Shown here one piece after another: positions 39,861 to 53,040 of a stretch of DNA of 64,000 nt (positions are counted from its first letter, which is position 1; each line of letters starts with the position of its first letter). The position numbers and the translations under genes were made by a program. Origin of the DNA: Vicugna vicugna (lineage: Eukaryota); contig MU057521.1 of assembly GCA_013265495.1 (NCBI GenBank), positions 1,996,335 to 2,060,334 on the forward strand, in the 5' to 3' direction. The notes beneath the pieces are model-generated. The model had not been told where the DNA came from. It saw only the letters and a list, made by a program, of their open reading frames with translations, and ran no database searches.

Positions 39861-40677
39861 AAGGACCATATTTTATTACATGATGGTTACAAACTGAAGT
39901 CGTGAGTCAGACGCTCAGCGTTAAGGCAGCTCCTCACTCTGTGTGTCATGGGACTATTCTAAATATGTGAACAATGTAACGTATGCACAGAGCGATACAG
40001 CGAAAACTCCTCCATAAATCACATTCCCATGCCCACTTGGGTCAAGTTCCTATTGATTCTGCATTCAAAAAAGTGAGGTAGGAAAAGACAAGGAATGTAG
40101 CCAGGTGAGTAAATGTCATTTCAGGTCCCTTGGCCTATTTGAATTTTAATTTAATTTTTTTTACACTAATATTGCTTTGCTTCCTCTCTTTCACCTTCCA
40201 GAATGAATCATTTCACTTAAGTGGATTTTTCAGATGACTGAAGCCTAAACTTTTTAAATATTCTTTAACCACTGGGAAGGGAGATATCTCTGAGACTTAT
40301 TACCCACTTTCTCTGAACTCTTCAACTCTGCCGATGGAAAATAAGCCGTCTTGATGACTCAGCAGCATCCTGAGGAACAAGAAAGACCTTCCCGGGCTAC
40401 AAACCCACTGACAACCTCAAGGGCGGCTGACATCTTCTTTACTGTCTGCCCCACACAGAGCTGCTCCGATGGCTGTGTGCTTTAGTTCCTGAACTCATCT
40501 CAACAGCATTTTTATCGCCTCCCTTAGAATCAGACTTCTAAAATTATTTTTCTAATAATCTGCAGGCTTCCTCTGCCCACTCAGTACTACTTTAACTCAA
40601 TTTGCTGTTTCTAATGGCGGGGGGAAAAGATGATAATCAATCTTGAGAGAAAGTGTCTTTTTTTTTAATTGGGTGGA

Positions 40678-41050
40678 AAATTATTCAGCCTTGAAAAGAA
40701 ATGAAATTCCCACCCAGGCTACAACACGGATAAACCTTGAAAACATTACGTTAAGTGAAAAAAGCCAGAAACAAAAGGGCAAGTACTGGGACTCCACTTA
40801 CACGAGGTACCAAGAGTAGTCAAATTCAGAGGCGGAAAGTAAACTGGAGGTTACCGGGGCCTGGGGGGTCGGGGGAAGGGGAGCTACTGCTTGATGGGTA
40901 CAGAGTCTCAGTTCGGGGTGATGAAAAAGTTCTGGGCAGGGATGGTGGTGATGGTTCCACAACACTGTGAATGTGCTTAATGCCACCAAACTGTACACTT
41001 AAAAATGGTTAAAATAGTAAATTTAAGTTATATATGTGTTATCACTATAT
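40678..41050 (+). mobile_element. L1MB-type 3' end
   Basis: TTATTCAGCCTTGAAAAGAAATGAAATT, AACCTTGAAAACATTA, GATGAAAAAGTTCTGG, AACTGTACACTTAAAAATGGTTAAAAT. Confidence 0.85.
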
Positions 41051-41122
41051 ACACATACCCACCTACATATGTTTACATGTATATTTTTTTTTCAAGCAGT
41101 CCTGCTAAGAGTGATGGCCAAG

Positions 41123-41215
41123 GTGGGTGGGGGGTATAGCTCCGTGGCAGAGCATTTGCTTAGCACACTCAAGGTCTTGGGTTCAATCCCCTGCACCGCC
41201 ATTAAAAAGAAAAAA
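41123..41215 (+). mobile_element. Short tRNA-derived SINE (camelid Vic-1-like)
   Basis: GGGGGTATAGCTCCGTGGCAGAGC...GGTTCAATCCC...A-tail; 16-bp TSD AAGA(G/A)TGATGG(C/T)CAAG at 41107-41122 and 41216-41231. Confidence 0.85.
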
Positions 41216-44200
41216 AAGAATGATGGTCAAGCTCTTATGAGTACTGGATGTGACCCAGCATGTGAACTTTGTGACATCCTTCTGCATAGCAGGAGGTGAA
41301 GTTACTTCCTCATTCCGACTTGTGTTGAGGATCATCATCATTGCTCAAACAGAGATCTCTGAAGGCGTTAACAGACTTTGCCATCCTAAAGGCCTTTTAT
41401 TAACAAATGACAACACTGCTGACAAACGGGCACCCTTCATTGCCCTGTGGACACTGCGAGTAACCAGTCCCAGGGAGAACTGAGGCCGAGAAAGGGCCCG
41501 GATTTCCCTTCACCCTGGACACCAGGGAGCCCATCCTGGGCACAGGATCCAAACCTGCCTTTCTCCTGTCCCCAGACCAAGCCAGACAACTCAGGGGTCA
41601 CACACTAAGCCATTAAAAGAACAAAGATCCTAATTATCTGAAGTCATTGGGATTTTTAAGGATTTGTAAAAAACACACAAAGCAGCCTTTTAAACAGTAT
41701 ACTGTTGGGTGATAGCTTATAAATTAAACACTTTGGGTTATATTGGACCAATATTTTTGAAACAGTCTGGCCCATAAAAGAGGGAGGGAAGAGCTGGTGG
41801 CCTGTTCAATTCGATGAACACAGAACCCAGGGTCTGGGGAGCTGAGTGTTGAACTCTGTCTCGCTTAGTGAAAGGTTACTATTGTCCCTTTGCCTGAATA
41901 ATCATTCGCCTTCCTTTTTTGCTTCCTTATGAAGTTCTACCCTCAGAGTTATAATACATGCCTGGAAGAATGTTTAATTTTTTCATTTATATATAAGCTT
42001 TATTAAATAAACCCCTTAAAACAGGTTTTTGCCTCCTGAATTTGAGTTACTTAATTCTGTACATGAACCTAAAATGAGTTAAATATTCCATCTGTATGTG
42101 TTAAATCACACCAAGAGATACAAAAATTAATGAGATCACAGGGGGAAAAAAAGAGATAGTTTAATAAGGAGCCCAGTAAGAGTTTCCTAGCTTGTCAGAA
42201 TTTGGTGCTTAAGTTTCTTTTAAAAAAGGAGTTTCCTGGCCGACGCTGAAACTCCCTGAGCCCTGCAGATCAACAGAGCATCCTGTTCAAATGTTATTAT
42301 GGAAACATGTGCTGGTCTAGGCCAAGTGTATCCAAATTAAACCAAGGGGGATGGAAATAACTGCCCCCTGATGCAGCGTGGTTGCTGAAGGTGGGTTTGT
42401 TTATGAGTAGAATAAAATTTACAGCCAAATATAAAAACAGATACATCATCATCATCTTATAAACTTGGGTAACATGTCATTCCACCTCTGGACTCTGGAA
42501 AAAAACATGAAGGTCATGCCTAAAATAAGAACAGCAAAGGGCTGAGGACCACACTGGGGGTAAAACCGCAGACTTTTCCCACCTTTTGATTACAGCATCA
42601 GGCAGGTTACAATTGGACAGTGAGATCATTTCTCTCGACCCAGGAAAGGACGGTGGATTTGTTATTCCAACACACACACTGACCCCGGGGAGAGTTTCTG
42701 AATCAGGTGTCTGGTTTTGGTAATGAAGCAGTGACTGACGATTACTTATTTTTCCAACGCTATTTACACAGACAATTGGAGCCAAAGAGGAGAGAGACAG
42801 AAACCTCTTGTTTCTATGTGTGTCTCTCTTTTCTTTTGAACTCTGAAAGAACTTCAGAAGTCCATGTTGTGAAAGATTTCACCTCCTGGTTACTAAAATG
42901 AAGCCGGCTGATCGGCTTCCTAAAGAGTCACAAAAGGAACCCAAAAGTCACATGAATCAAATTGTGATTTTCAGTAGGTTTCTTTTTTTTAAGTTTTAAA
43001 AAATGTCTTGAAGTTTCAGGGGGTATCAATTACTACTTGGTTTGCTGAGAAAAAGGATCTGGTTTTGCCTCTTACTGGGCAAAGTTCCTTGATTTTGCAG
43101 AACCTCTGTTTCCTCATCCATAATTCCACTTCCTACCCTCAGGGGGGAGGTTACTGGGGTTAAACAACCTTCTAGCCGTAAAAGTGTCAAACCCAGAGTC
43201 TGGAACATATTGGGGTTCAATTAATGCTAGTTTCCTTCCTTCCTCCTGAGTTTCAGTGACTGAGGCCAATGACCTATGTAGTGGAGACATGGAAATGGGG
43301 GAAGTGGCAGAATCAGTACAAATAATGGGGCAAGTGCTCCAAACATTACAGCCAAACTAGTAGGTCTTCTTTAATCCTACACTGAGCACAGTAACGCATG
43401 GAAAACTGAGGTATGGGCTGTATTTTATTTATACACATATATAAATTTTAAGGTAGAATACTATGTTTTCAGTTGTTAATTTTAAAAAAGCCATTCAGCC
43501 TCCTCTGAGTAAACTGCAATACTGCTAGAAGAACCTCAAAAATGAACGCTAGAAGTTAATACTGCCCCATCGGCACTCCTGTGTCGAATTCCCCCGTTTC
43601 TGTTGCGTTGTAGCCCCTACACCGTACTTAATTATTTGCCTGTTTACTGCCCTGGCCTCCGCACAACACTGGCTTCACGTGAGGTATGAGAGGCAGTCCC
43701 TGACCGCCATGTTTTCTGTTACAGCTCCAGCACTCTTACAAATATCTGTTGAATGAATGAAGTTGAACTAATGTGTAGCTACCATGCCCTTCAGACAACT
43801 GGGGAAACCCTACTGATGACAGGCCAAACAATCAGAAACAGTCGCTTCTGTTCATACAACTCCACTGCTGAAAGGGGCTGTTTTCCGTAACCCTCACACT
43901 GAATTTTAACAAACTCTTACATCCACCAGGCTACCGACCCCTTAGAAGGAGTTTCAAGGTCAAGTGCCCCCAGCTCACAAGCACATCCATGGGTACCGTG
44001 TGGCAAACAGTGAGATGTCCCTCTGCCCTTAACGTGAAATTCATTTCAAAAGCTGAATGCAAGGAGAGAAAATAACCTGAAATGCAAGCCTATATTTTAA
44101 TTTTCTTGAAAATGTTTGAGATGCACAGCAGTAAAGGATACTATTTTTTAAAATTAGATATACTTGATCAGGTTTCCATGAAGGAATCTGGTGTCCTTAT

Positions 44201-47200
44201 GAAAACATACCTCAAGAAGCAGCAGAGTGTAAAGGAACACCTACTGGACTCCGAGTCTGGCAACAAACACCAACTCCTCTTGACTTACTGGCTCTCATGT
44301 AGTTTTGTAAGTCAAAGTTTTCTCTTCACATGGGAATAAGCAAATAATACAAAGAGTGTAGGAAGAGGAAGGCAGAGAGAAGTGGGAATCTAATACCTGC
44401 CTCACCTAGAGTTTTGTGAAGATCAAATGGGCCAACAGATACAGAATCCCTCTGGAAACTCTGAAGTCCTCCACTAAGGCAAGACATCACTGCGGTCCCC
44501 TTTTCACCTGGAAAAAAATTCTATGAAAACTGCCTTTCATAACTGAATCCCTTCTTCAAATACATCTTCATTAACTGGTCATTACTGAATGTAACTGCAA
44601 TGTGAATTCTAACAAAATAAAGTTCTCAACCAGGCAGTGTTCATTTAAGAGAATGGGAAATTAAAAAAAAAACCTCATATATAACTAGAACAATGACCAT
44701 ATTCTTTTCAAAGTGACTATAGAAGAAATAAACCCCACTATAATTGAAGAAGAAATGAGCAATGTTTTGAAGCCTTCAGTCAATTACTACATCTTCCTAA
44801 AAATCTCTCCACTCTAGTCCTAATCATTGCATAAAACTATCATCTTCTCACGGTCCTCACCACCTGTCCTCTCCATCAGGCACACGATGTCTGCTTCCTT
44901 TCTGAGCTAGCCCTACACTGTCACTAACATCGCCCCAGTCTTGTGAACTGAGTGCAGCCAGAGTGACCTGTCTAGAAGGCACCCCTGCATGGTGGGACAG
45001 CTTCAGTATCATCTTTTTGATCTGCCCCACCGGCCCTCCTCACTCCAGCCAGGCCAGACTCCTGGGTTCCTGCAGCTCACCACGTGCTCCCCTGCCTCTG
45101 GCCTTTGTTCTCCACATCCTGTCTGCTGGCCACCCTGTGCGCCTCATTCCCGCATCGCTAGGTTACTTCCAGCTCATCTGCCAGGCTTCAGCTCCCTGTC
45201 CGGCGAACACTTCCCTGACTCTAATCTATGCCCCTACTGGGGTTGCATTTCTTCACCCCCAGCTTCCCCCACGCTCCCTGCACTCGCTGTTTAATGATCT
45301 CCACCCCCAAGACGGTAAGCCTGTCTCTCCAGCTCCCACTTGCCCAAGCTGGCCCACAGCATGCAGCCAATTAAAAAAAGAAAATCTGTGGGATAAAAGA
45401 ATAACCAGTCTCCTGCTCTGTCTGCTTTAATTGTATGATCCAGCACACACACACAAAACAACAATTATTTTCCGGAAAACACAGAGATGCAATTGGGCCC
45501 TTCATAACACGGACTGGGACATCCCTTTCAACAGCATGCCGAGACAAACAGGTAGAGAGGTTTGAAGGAAGAGTCGAGTGTCTCAACTTGTATTAAATTT
45601 CCCCAAAGTCTTCACATTTGAAAACCACTAATTTACTCATTGGCCATGCCCTTTCACTAGTCCCTACAAAAGGTATTTTCAAATTCCATTTGACATGTAC
45701 TTTCATCAGTTAATTTTTAATTGAGCCAAATATTAAATGCTCACATTAACCAGACAAAGCAGGTTTAGCTACTGATTTGCAGTGACAGCTTGTGTTATTC
45801 TCACACACAGGCCAAGCATGAAATAGAAAACTAATAACCCCTTAAGTGTATTCTCAAAGTATCATTTATGGGAAAGAAAACTACATTCAAAGGAAACTTG
45901 CATGATGGCTGTCATTTCTTTCTCCCCAAGAGCCGCAAGCTGTTACAAAGCAGGGAAGCTCATTTTCTCACGGATCCGGAGCACTCAAGAATCCCACTGT
46001 CACTGGATGTATTCATTAGGAAGGAATCTGGCAGGAGCACAGGGGACAGATCCTTTGGAGAACGGGCCAATTATCTGGGTGTCCTTTAAATTTGAAGTTT
46101 CTGAATTCACTCATAGATAAGCCACTTGAAGAGGGTCTGGCAGTGGCAACATAACGCACAGATGGCCACTGAAGAAACAAGAGGGAAGAAGGGAAGACGG
46201 GGGAGAAAGAGAATTTGCCTGTGGTTTCATTCATGGGGACAAATCTGGAAGCTGACACATCCCTCTTTTTAAAAAGCCCCCGGAGAAGTACGGCCCAGCT
46301 TCGTTACAAGTAAACAAATCACACAGTCCTTCACCAACAGATGACAAATGATGAGTCTCGATGCTTTTGAGCTCGCTTCATGCCAAGGAACGAGGGCTCT
46401 CCAAACGCAAATTCCACCAGATCTTCAAAACCACAGAAAGGCTGCAATGCTTGCTTTAACCAGAACCGAGAACTCAGCCCAAAGCTGCCCGGCCAGTGGT
46501 TTGCTCCATGCCACCCTTGGTGCTCTTCCTGTCGGTCAGTGTCTGGAGAACTGAAATCCTGGGTCTCTCACCTCTGGAACACTGAGCTGTACTCACTCCC
46601 ATCCTCCACTGGCTGCTTGTTTTTAGGGGAAAAGAACTAGCGTCCCCTTCCTCCTTGTGACTTTTATGCTATAGTTCTTCTATATTTGGGCTACAACACT
46701 AATCAGAGAGGAAAAATCACTTTTTTCCCACTGTGAGAACCATGGACAAGCTCTGATTTCTGTAATGATAAGGTCATGAATCATCTGTGATGTCAAGACT
46801 TCATCTGGACTGGGTTTGACACATAAAACACGAGAACTGAGAGCAACCGTGCCCATCTATGTAGACTGTGTGCATGTGTTCTCTGCATACACAGATACAG
46901 TGTGTCGATTGATGGGCTACTGGCTAATGTTAGCGTGAAGGATGTTGATTAAAGTTGAACGTTTGCTATAAAGCAAAATCTAGATTTCTCTCCGGGTATG
47001 AATGACATACTTTTTCAATTCAATGATGAAGGATGAAATCAAAATAGGAATTTTCCTTTGTTCATTCCTATTAAATATGAACAGATTTGTGGGATGGGAC
47101 ATTTGGAACACATATGTCCCTATAATGGGACATTACAGAGTGAGGCACACATACTCTATGAAGAAGGGGAGTGGGACAACATTAGTCTGTTAGGATGAGT

Positions 47201-47649
47201 TTGACATCCAAAGCCCCTCACACTCACTTTATTAATCCATTTATTTGCTCAACAATCATAGTGTGCACCTACCGTCTACTATGCTAGGTGCAGGGTACAT
47301 TGAATAGGAGAACTATTTCATTAAGTGAGGAAGTACCAGTGAAGGCGAACACCTTCGCTGGGTCAGACCCCTACAAATGGAGGATACTATTTGGATGTAA
47401 GAACAACACTAATCTGAGTCAGATTTCTTTTAAGGACGCAAACTGGTCATGGAGAGCCAAGCTTTGAACAGAACAGCTTCAAGTGATCACCTTAACTGAA
47501 TCCACAGAAGTCTTCAGAGGACTGTCGGGGAAAGGCGGTATAGAAACAGCAATAATAGAAGGTAGAATCAGCAGGGGCAGCGAAGACCACTTGTGGAAAT
47601 GAAAGAAGACAATGTACATGGTTTGGGGAAAAGGCACAGTGTATTTCAG

Positions 47650-48480
47650 CCCCAACTTCTCTCTCGAGTTCTGGATCCTTCAGGCCAACTGAAACTGGGC
47701 ATTTCCACTTGAATATCTTACTGGAAGCTCAAGTTGAAAATGTCCAAAATTAATTTCATCACACTTACCCCACGAAATAGTCACTGTTCTTATCTTTCCT
47801 TTCTGCCTTAAGGACAATATCATTTCTGAACCAGCTGGGTTTTGAACTTGCATCCTCTGCTTCTTTCCCTCCCTTGTTCCTCATGTTCAATCTGTTGTCA
47901 GTCCTTTGGGTCCACTTCTCCAGGAACCCCCACACACCTGTCCTGTCTTCTTCATCCCCCACTCCCTGTGGTTCAGACATCCACCCTGGTCTCCACTGTC
48001 CAGCCCCAGTCATAGTAAATCTTCCACAAGCCCACACATCCCGGCTTTTTTCAGAACTCTTTCAATATCCTTTTAAGGTCTACCAAGTTAAACACGAACC
48101 TCTCAACTTCGGAACCCAGTCTTATCGCACAAGAGATCTCTATGCCCCAGTCAAGTCAGACTCTTTACAATTCCCCGATGATGTCTCATACATTTCTGCC
48201 TGCTCTGACTCCTCCAGTCCAGCGACCTGAAATGCCCTCTCCCTGTATCTCCTCCCTATTATCTCCCCCATGAAACTCTTGCAGATCCCCTTCTAGCTGG
48301 ACCAGATCACTCCATCCACTAAAGTACGTCAAGGATTACAGCAATTTACACAGTACTTATCTTAGTCTCACTACTGGTTGGTAAGTTTCTTAAAGGCAAA
48401 GTTTATCTTCATTTTTCACCCAAGTGAAACACCCGGCATAGAACTTCGCACATAGTAGGCTCTCAATAAATGTTTTTTTC
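47650..48480 (+). mobile_element. L2 LINE fragment with 3' end
   Basis: GGCATTTCCACTTGAATATCT, CCTGAAATGCCCT, GGCATAG...CATAGTAGGCTCTCAATAAATGTT. Confidence 0.65.
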
Positions 48481-51400
48481 CAATGGAAAAAGGTAGTGTG
48501 CATGCTCTACAAAATAACAAGATCTCTGTAACCATTTCCATCACTGCCCTGGTTGTTAGGATCTCGGGGTTAAGATTGGAGAACAACTGCTCATTTTCCT
48601 TGACTAAGAGTTCTTCACATCGTTTACTTCTTTAATATTTAGTAAGTGGCTCTGCCTCACTATACTTAGAACTTTGTTATAAAATAGCTCAAAACTACCT
48701 CTAAAACTTTTCAGTGTTAAAAAGAGAGAGAGAGCTGGAGAAAGGTAGGTATGTAGATTGATACCCCAGCAAGAATTCACAGAGAAAATGGCTAGGAGAT
48801 AGTCCTGAAAATTTAGACTTAGAGGTGCCAGCTGGCATCCTTTATGGACTTGCTTTCTTCCCCCAAGAGATAAAAAATCCATATCTAAAGATGATGATAT
48901 AATTTGTAATTAATTTTATTTCTGTGCTAAACGGAAGAAGGCATTGAATTAAGAGAACTAAGTATCTGTTCCATAGTCTCTTAGAAAATTCTAATGCAGC
49001 TGAGTGGACTATTTGGCTGCAATTCGAGTTCAAAGGTAATAACGCAGACATGCCATTCATCACGTTGAAAGTAGAAGAAATCTCAGCACTGGTGAAGAAG
49101 ACCGGGAAAAAGTCAAGAAAAGACAACTTGCGACACTGATGCCTTGCCTGGTGCTCCAAGCATTAAAAGTCATCAACTCTCCATATTCTTCTGCCACTTA
49201 AGAAAAGACAGTTGAAAATCGAGAAATATAGTCACTGGAACTGTCAGAAGAAAGATGTACTGGTCTCAATGGCAAAATTCCCCTTGGAAAATATAAGCTT
49301 CACTTGACACAGTGGGCCCTGGGGTTGTGTTCAGGAGACCTAGTAAAGAGGAGAGTGGAGTCGATCATAAGCTTCTGACTCATTACACTGAAGTCCGAGG
49401 GAGCTGATGAGCTGATTATTAACTAAAAATGGAATATGGATCCATCCCTGAAATTCTGAAGGCAAACCATGGAGCAGAGTGGAAATACTAGTGAGCTGGT
49501 CAATCGGCTGGGAAAATCACCTGAGTACCTCTTAGTGCTGCAAACGGCCACGCCAGCATGTCAGGGACATTCCCTTTCTAACACATTTAAGAGGGTGTTT
49601 GGGGACATAGTCTTTAGTATAAACTGTTTTAGTTAAGTTTAGCTCATCAAACTTTATTCAAGGCTGGAGTGTAACCCCCACTCTCCTCTCACACTGCAGA
49701 GATCAGGGCCGGTACAAATTCTTTCAGCAGAGTCCATCTTCTCCCTGCACCAGAGTTGGAATCTATGATCTCTGGAGGGAAAGCATCACATCTGATGCAG
49801 AATTTTCCCTTGCCCGGCTGCCTGTAGCCAGACTGGGGTAAGAGTCGGAATATTCCAGCTTTGACAGACCCCTTACTCTGCTCCCTCTTGCTGGTATCTA
49901 GACATAACGGCTTTTTCCTTCAGGCGAATCCCACACTTCACATGTTCAAAGGTCACAAGGAGCTACCCCGCTGGTGCTTTTGCTGTGGTGGGATGACGGG
50001 CAGATAGGGGACAGTGATGGAGGTTGGGGTAGGGTCACAGTGAGAAAGCCCAAATGGCTTTGGAGAGATAGAAACAATCACTCCATCATCATTCTCACCG
50101 AAGGACAGCTGGGTTTGTCTTCTGTCTGGCAAATAAAGAGCAGATAAAAAGTGTTGGCACTACAGAACCGAGCGCAGATCCGAACAGGCAGCCATCCACA
50201 AAAATACTTTTAGAAATGAAAATGGCTTTGTCGTAATTTCAAAAGTTTTACAATCTCCATCTGAAGAAAGGGGACCACGAATAAAAGAGGTTAGATGGTA
50301 AACACCTGCTCTCCAGGGACACCAGCATCACGGTGGACAGGAATTTACGTAAGTAGCATTTTGGAAGAGAAGCCTCTTAATAAACAGAACAGACTTAGAA
50401 CCTAAAACCAAACCAAAACAAAAGCTTTTAAAAAAATCTTTCCCCTGTTCTGGTTCAAATTGACTCATATTTTTCTGTATACCAGAATGATTTAAGAAAG
50501 ACAGTTCTTCCAATTAAGCTGGCCTAATCATCTTAATCAGAGCCCTGATTGTCTTTTACTGAAAAATAATTAACAAAATACTTTTAAAAATGAAGACTAA
50601 TATTTATTAAGCCTTAATAAGCCTTAATAACAATAACAAGCACCTAGTGGGTAAATATTTAACAAGGGAACTCCCCTGCCTTTCGGTTCTCTTAAGCGTA
50701 TGTCTGTGTAACACGGTATTTTTAAAATGATCTATATTTCTCTTCCTAGTTAAATCAGGCCTAATGCACACATGAACAGACATATGTTTAGAAATAACTT
50801 TTTCAGAAAAAGATTGAAGTGTATGCAAAATAACACATACTTAGGTGGTTTTTTTTTTTCCCTCTCTTTTTCCCTCTAACTTTGAGAGTTTAGAATCATG
50901 CTTATCAGGCTGAGCGGCAGCTCTGAGTTCACGAGGACACCTCCAGCACCAGCCTTGAGGGCGCCCTGGGCAGCAGGAAGCCTTCCGTCCTGCACCCCCC
51001 GCTAACCCAGCGCCGGGCACCTGGCAGGCCTGCGATCCCGTCTGTGGGTCTCAGTCCTTGACTGACTCTCGTCGTTAATCCTATTTTGACATCAATCCCC
51101 GATTTTGTCTGAATCAAACCAAGAGGAATGAAAGAGAACCTGCGCAGTGGAGTCATTCGCCGAGTGGTCTCCGGTGCGGAGCCGGGGGAGAGGGTGACCA
51201 GCTCGCGAGGTTACCGCTCTTCCTGAATAAGGTACTATTAGATTACCTTAAAAAGGTTTAACAGAACCTTTGAACCTCAAATACAATATATCTCCGGGGA
51301 GAGAAAAAAAACCTTTTCACTCATACACTACAAAGACGGTGTTGTCTCCTCGCACAAATGCACTTCTGCTCAAATGCTGCTTTGCTGAACGATGGCGAAG

Positions 51401-52887
51401 ACATGATGGGTGACCTCAGAAATGGGTGCAGGGTTGTGCTGGTGGGGAGAGGCCACTGTTAGTACACACAGCACCCACTCATCTACTTTATGAGTGGGTT
51501 TATCATTCCTCCAAAAAGCTGACTAGGACTGGGAGTAGACATAAAGAAAAACTATAAGAATTTGGCTTTAAAAAAAAAAATCCGTGGCTTTCTGTTACCT
51601 GGTATGCTGTGTGACCTGATGACATTTAAGCAATCTGAAATGTACCAGTTCAATCAAGGATTGCTAAAAAGATCAATCAGTTCTCACTAGAAAGCACAGC
51701 TGAAAAGTAACAGGATGCACCAAAGAAAGCCATGTTTTCGACCGACATTAAACAGCAACAAAGGCTCTAAAACAGAAAAGAGAACTGAGTGAACTATAAA
51801 ATTTTAGAAAAGTCCCCACGTGTAATCACTCAACAGCACACGACCGCAAACTCTAGGAGCACTCATGTACCTTTTTCTACAAAATAGATTATTGGGAAGG
51901 GTCATATGATTCTCAGCAGGCAAAAAGATGCACTTTCCCAAGGAAAGTTCATCATTAAATAAATAAATTATTTAAGACTGGATCATCTTCGGGCTATTTT
52001 TAATCCTCTCATTTTGCTGCCAAAATTGGCCATAAGCAGCTGATATTCAGCCACTAGAAAAATGATGCTTTTTCTTTTTTTTTATGGGGGGGGCGGTAAC
52101 TTAAATGATGCATTTTCATATCTTTTGCAACACTGGCCTGAGAATGCTATTGCTTTCCAGTTAATCAAATGTTTGGGTGGATGTGGACTACATACAGAAA
52201 AGAGAAACTGCTTGCTGACCAACTAATAAAAAGGAACCTAACCTCTACTGGATGTAGAGAAATAAGTTCCTGTCTTCCTAAACCACAAAGACCAAAAGAC
52301 AAACACACACAAAAATGTCACACTGCCATCTCATCAACAGAATGAAGTCAATTGCCTGTTTAAGGCAGCTCATTTTGGCAGCTGTCAAACATCTCACTCT
52401 TTAAAGCCACCAAGCAAAACGCTGTAGCATTTCCCAGTTTGGAGGGCGCTCTCAATGCTCACTCCCCATCAACCTGCCCAAATCTCAACCTTCTGCTTGC
52501 CAAGAGCCCCTTCGTCATGAAGCAGTCTCAGGGCCACTAAACTCATCTACAGAATTTAAATTGTTACAAGGGGATAAAATAATACCTAATGGAGCTAACT
52601 GGAGTAGAAAAGCTACCTTATTTTAATGTGGTCAGTAATGCCAATACAAGTTGTATAGTGGCTGTGAAAAACATTTCTGAGATGATGGAGCTTATAATAA
52701 CATATCCCTTCTCTCATTCTAGTCTATTTCTTCCAAGGGTCAGATCACTCTAGAGGACACATGGGAAACAGTCAGTGTTCCAGGTATGAACCTGTGAAGC
52801 CACTGGAAAAGAGACACTGTAAGACCTATCTCAGATTGTCATTCTTCCCACAAGATGTCTGCAGGAATCAACGGTCGATGCTGGTGG

Positions 52888-53040
52888 CCAGCATCTCTAA
52901 CTTTCACGTGCACACAAACACCTGTAGACGTGTGAACCACAGATTATGACTCAGAAGCTCTGGGGTGGGACCTGAGATTGCATCCCTAAGCTCCCATGTG
53001 ATGCTCAGGCTGCTGGTCTGTGAACCACACGTGGCACAGC
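52888..53040. mobile_element. MER5A-type hAT relic
   Basis: CAGATT.TGACTCAG..G.TCTGGGGTGGGACCTGAGATTGCAT...AAGCTCCCA.GTGATGCT...GCTGCTGGTC. Confidence 0.65.

Noticed and set aside
47336..47361. 10-bp stem hairpin sharing a 12-mer with exon 1
   Set aside because: Hairpins and 12-mer matches of this size are expected by chance in 64 kb; too short for a miRNA precursor.
48950..49500. Possible CR1/L3 relic
   Set aside because: Only faint resemblance; boundaries cannot be supported without RepeatMasker.
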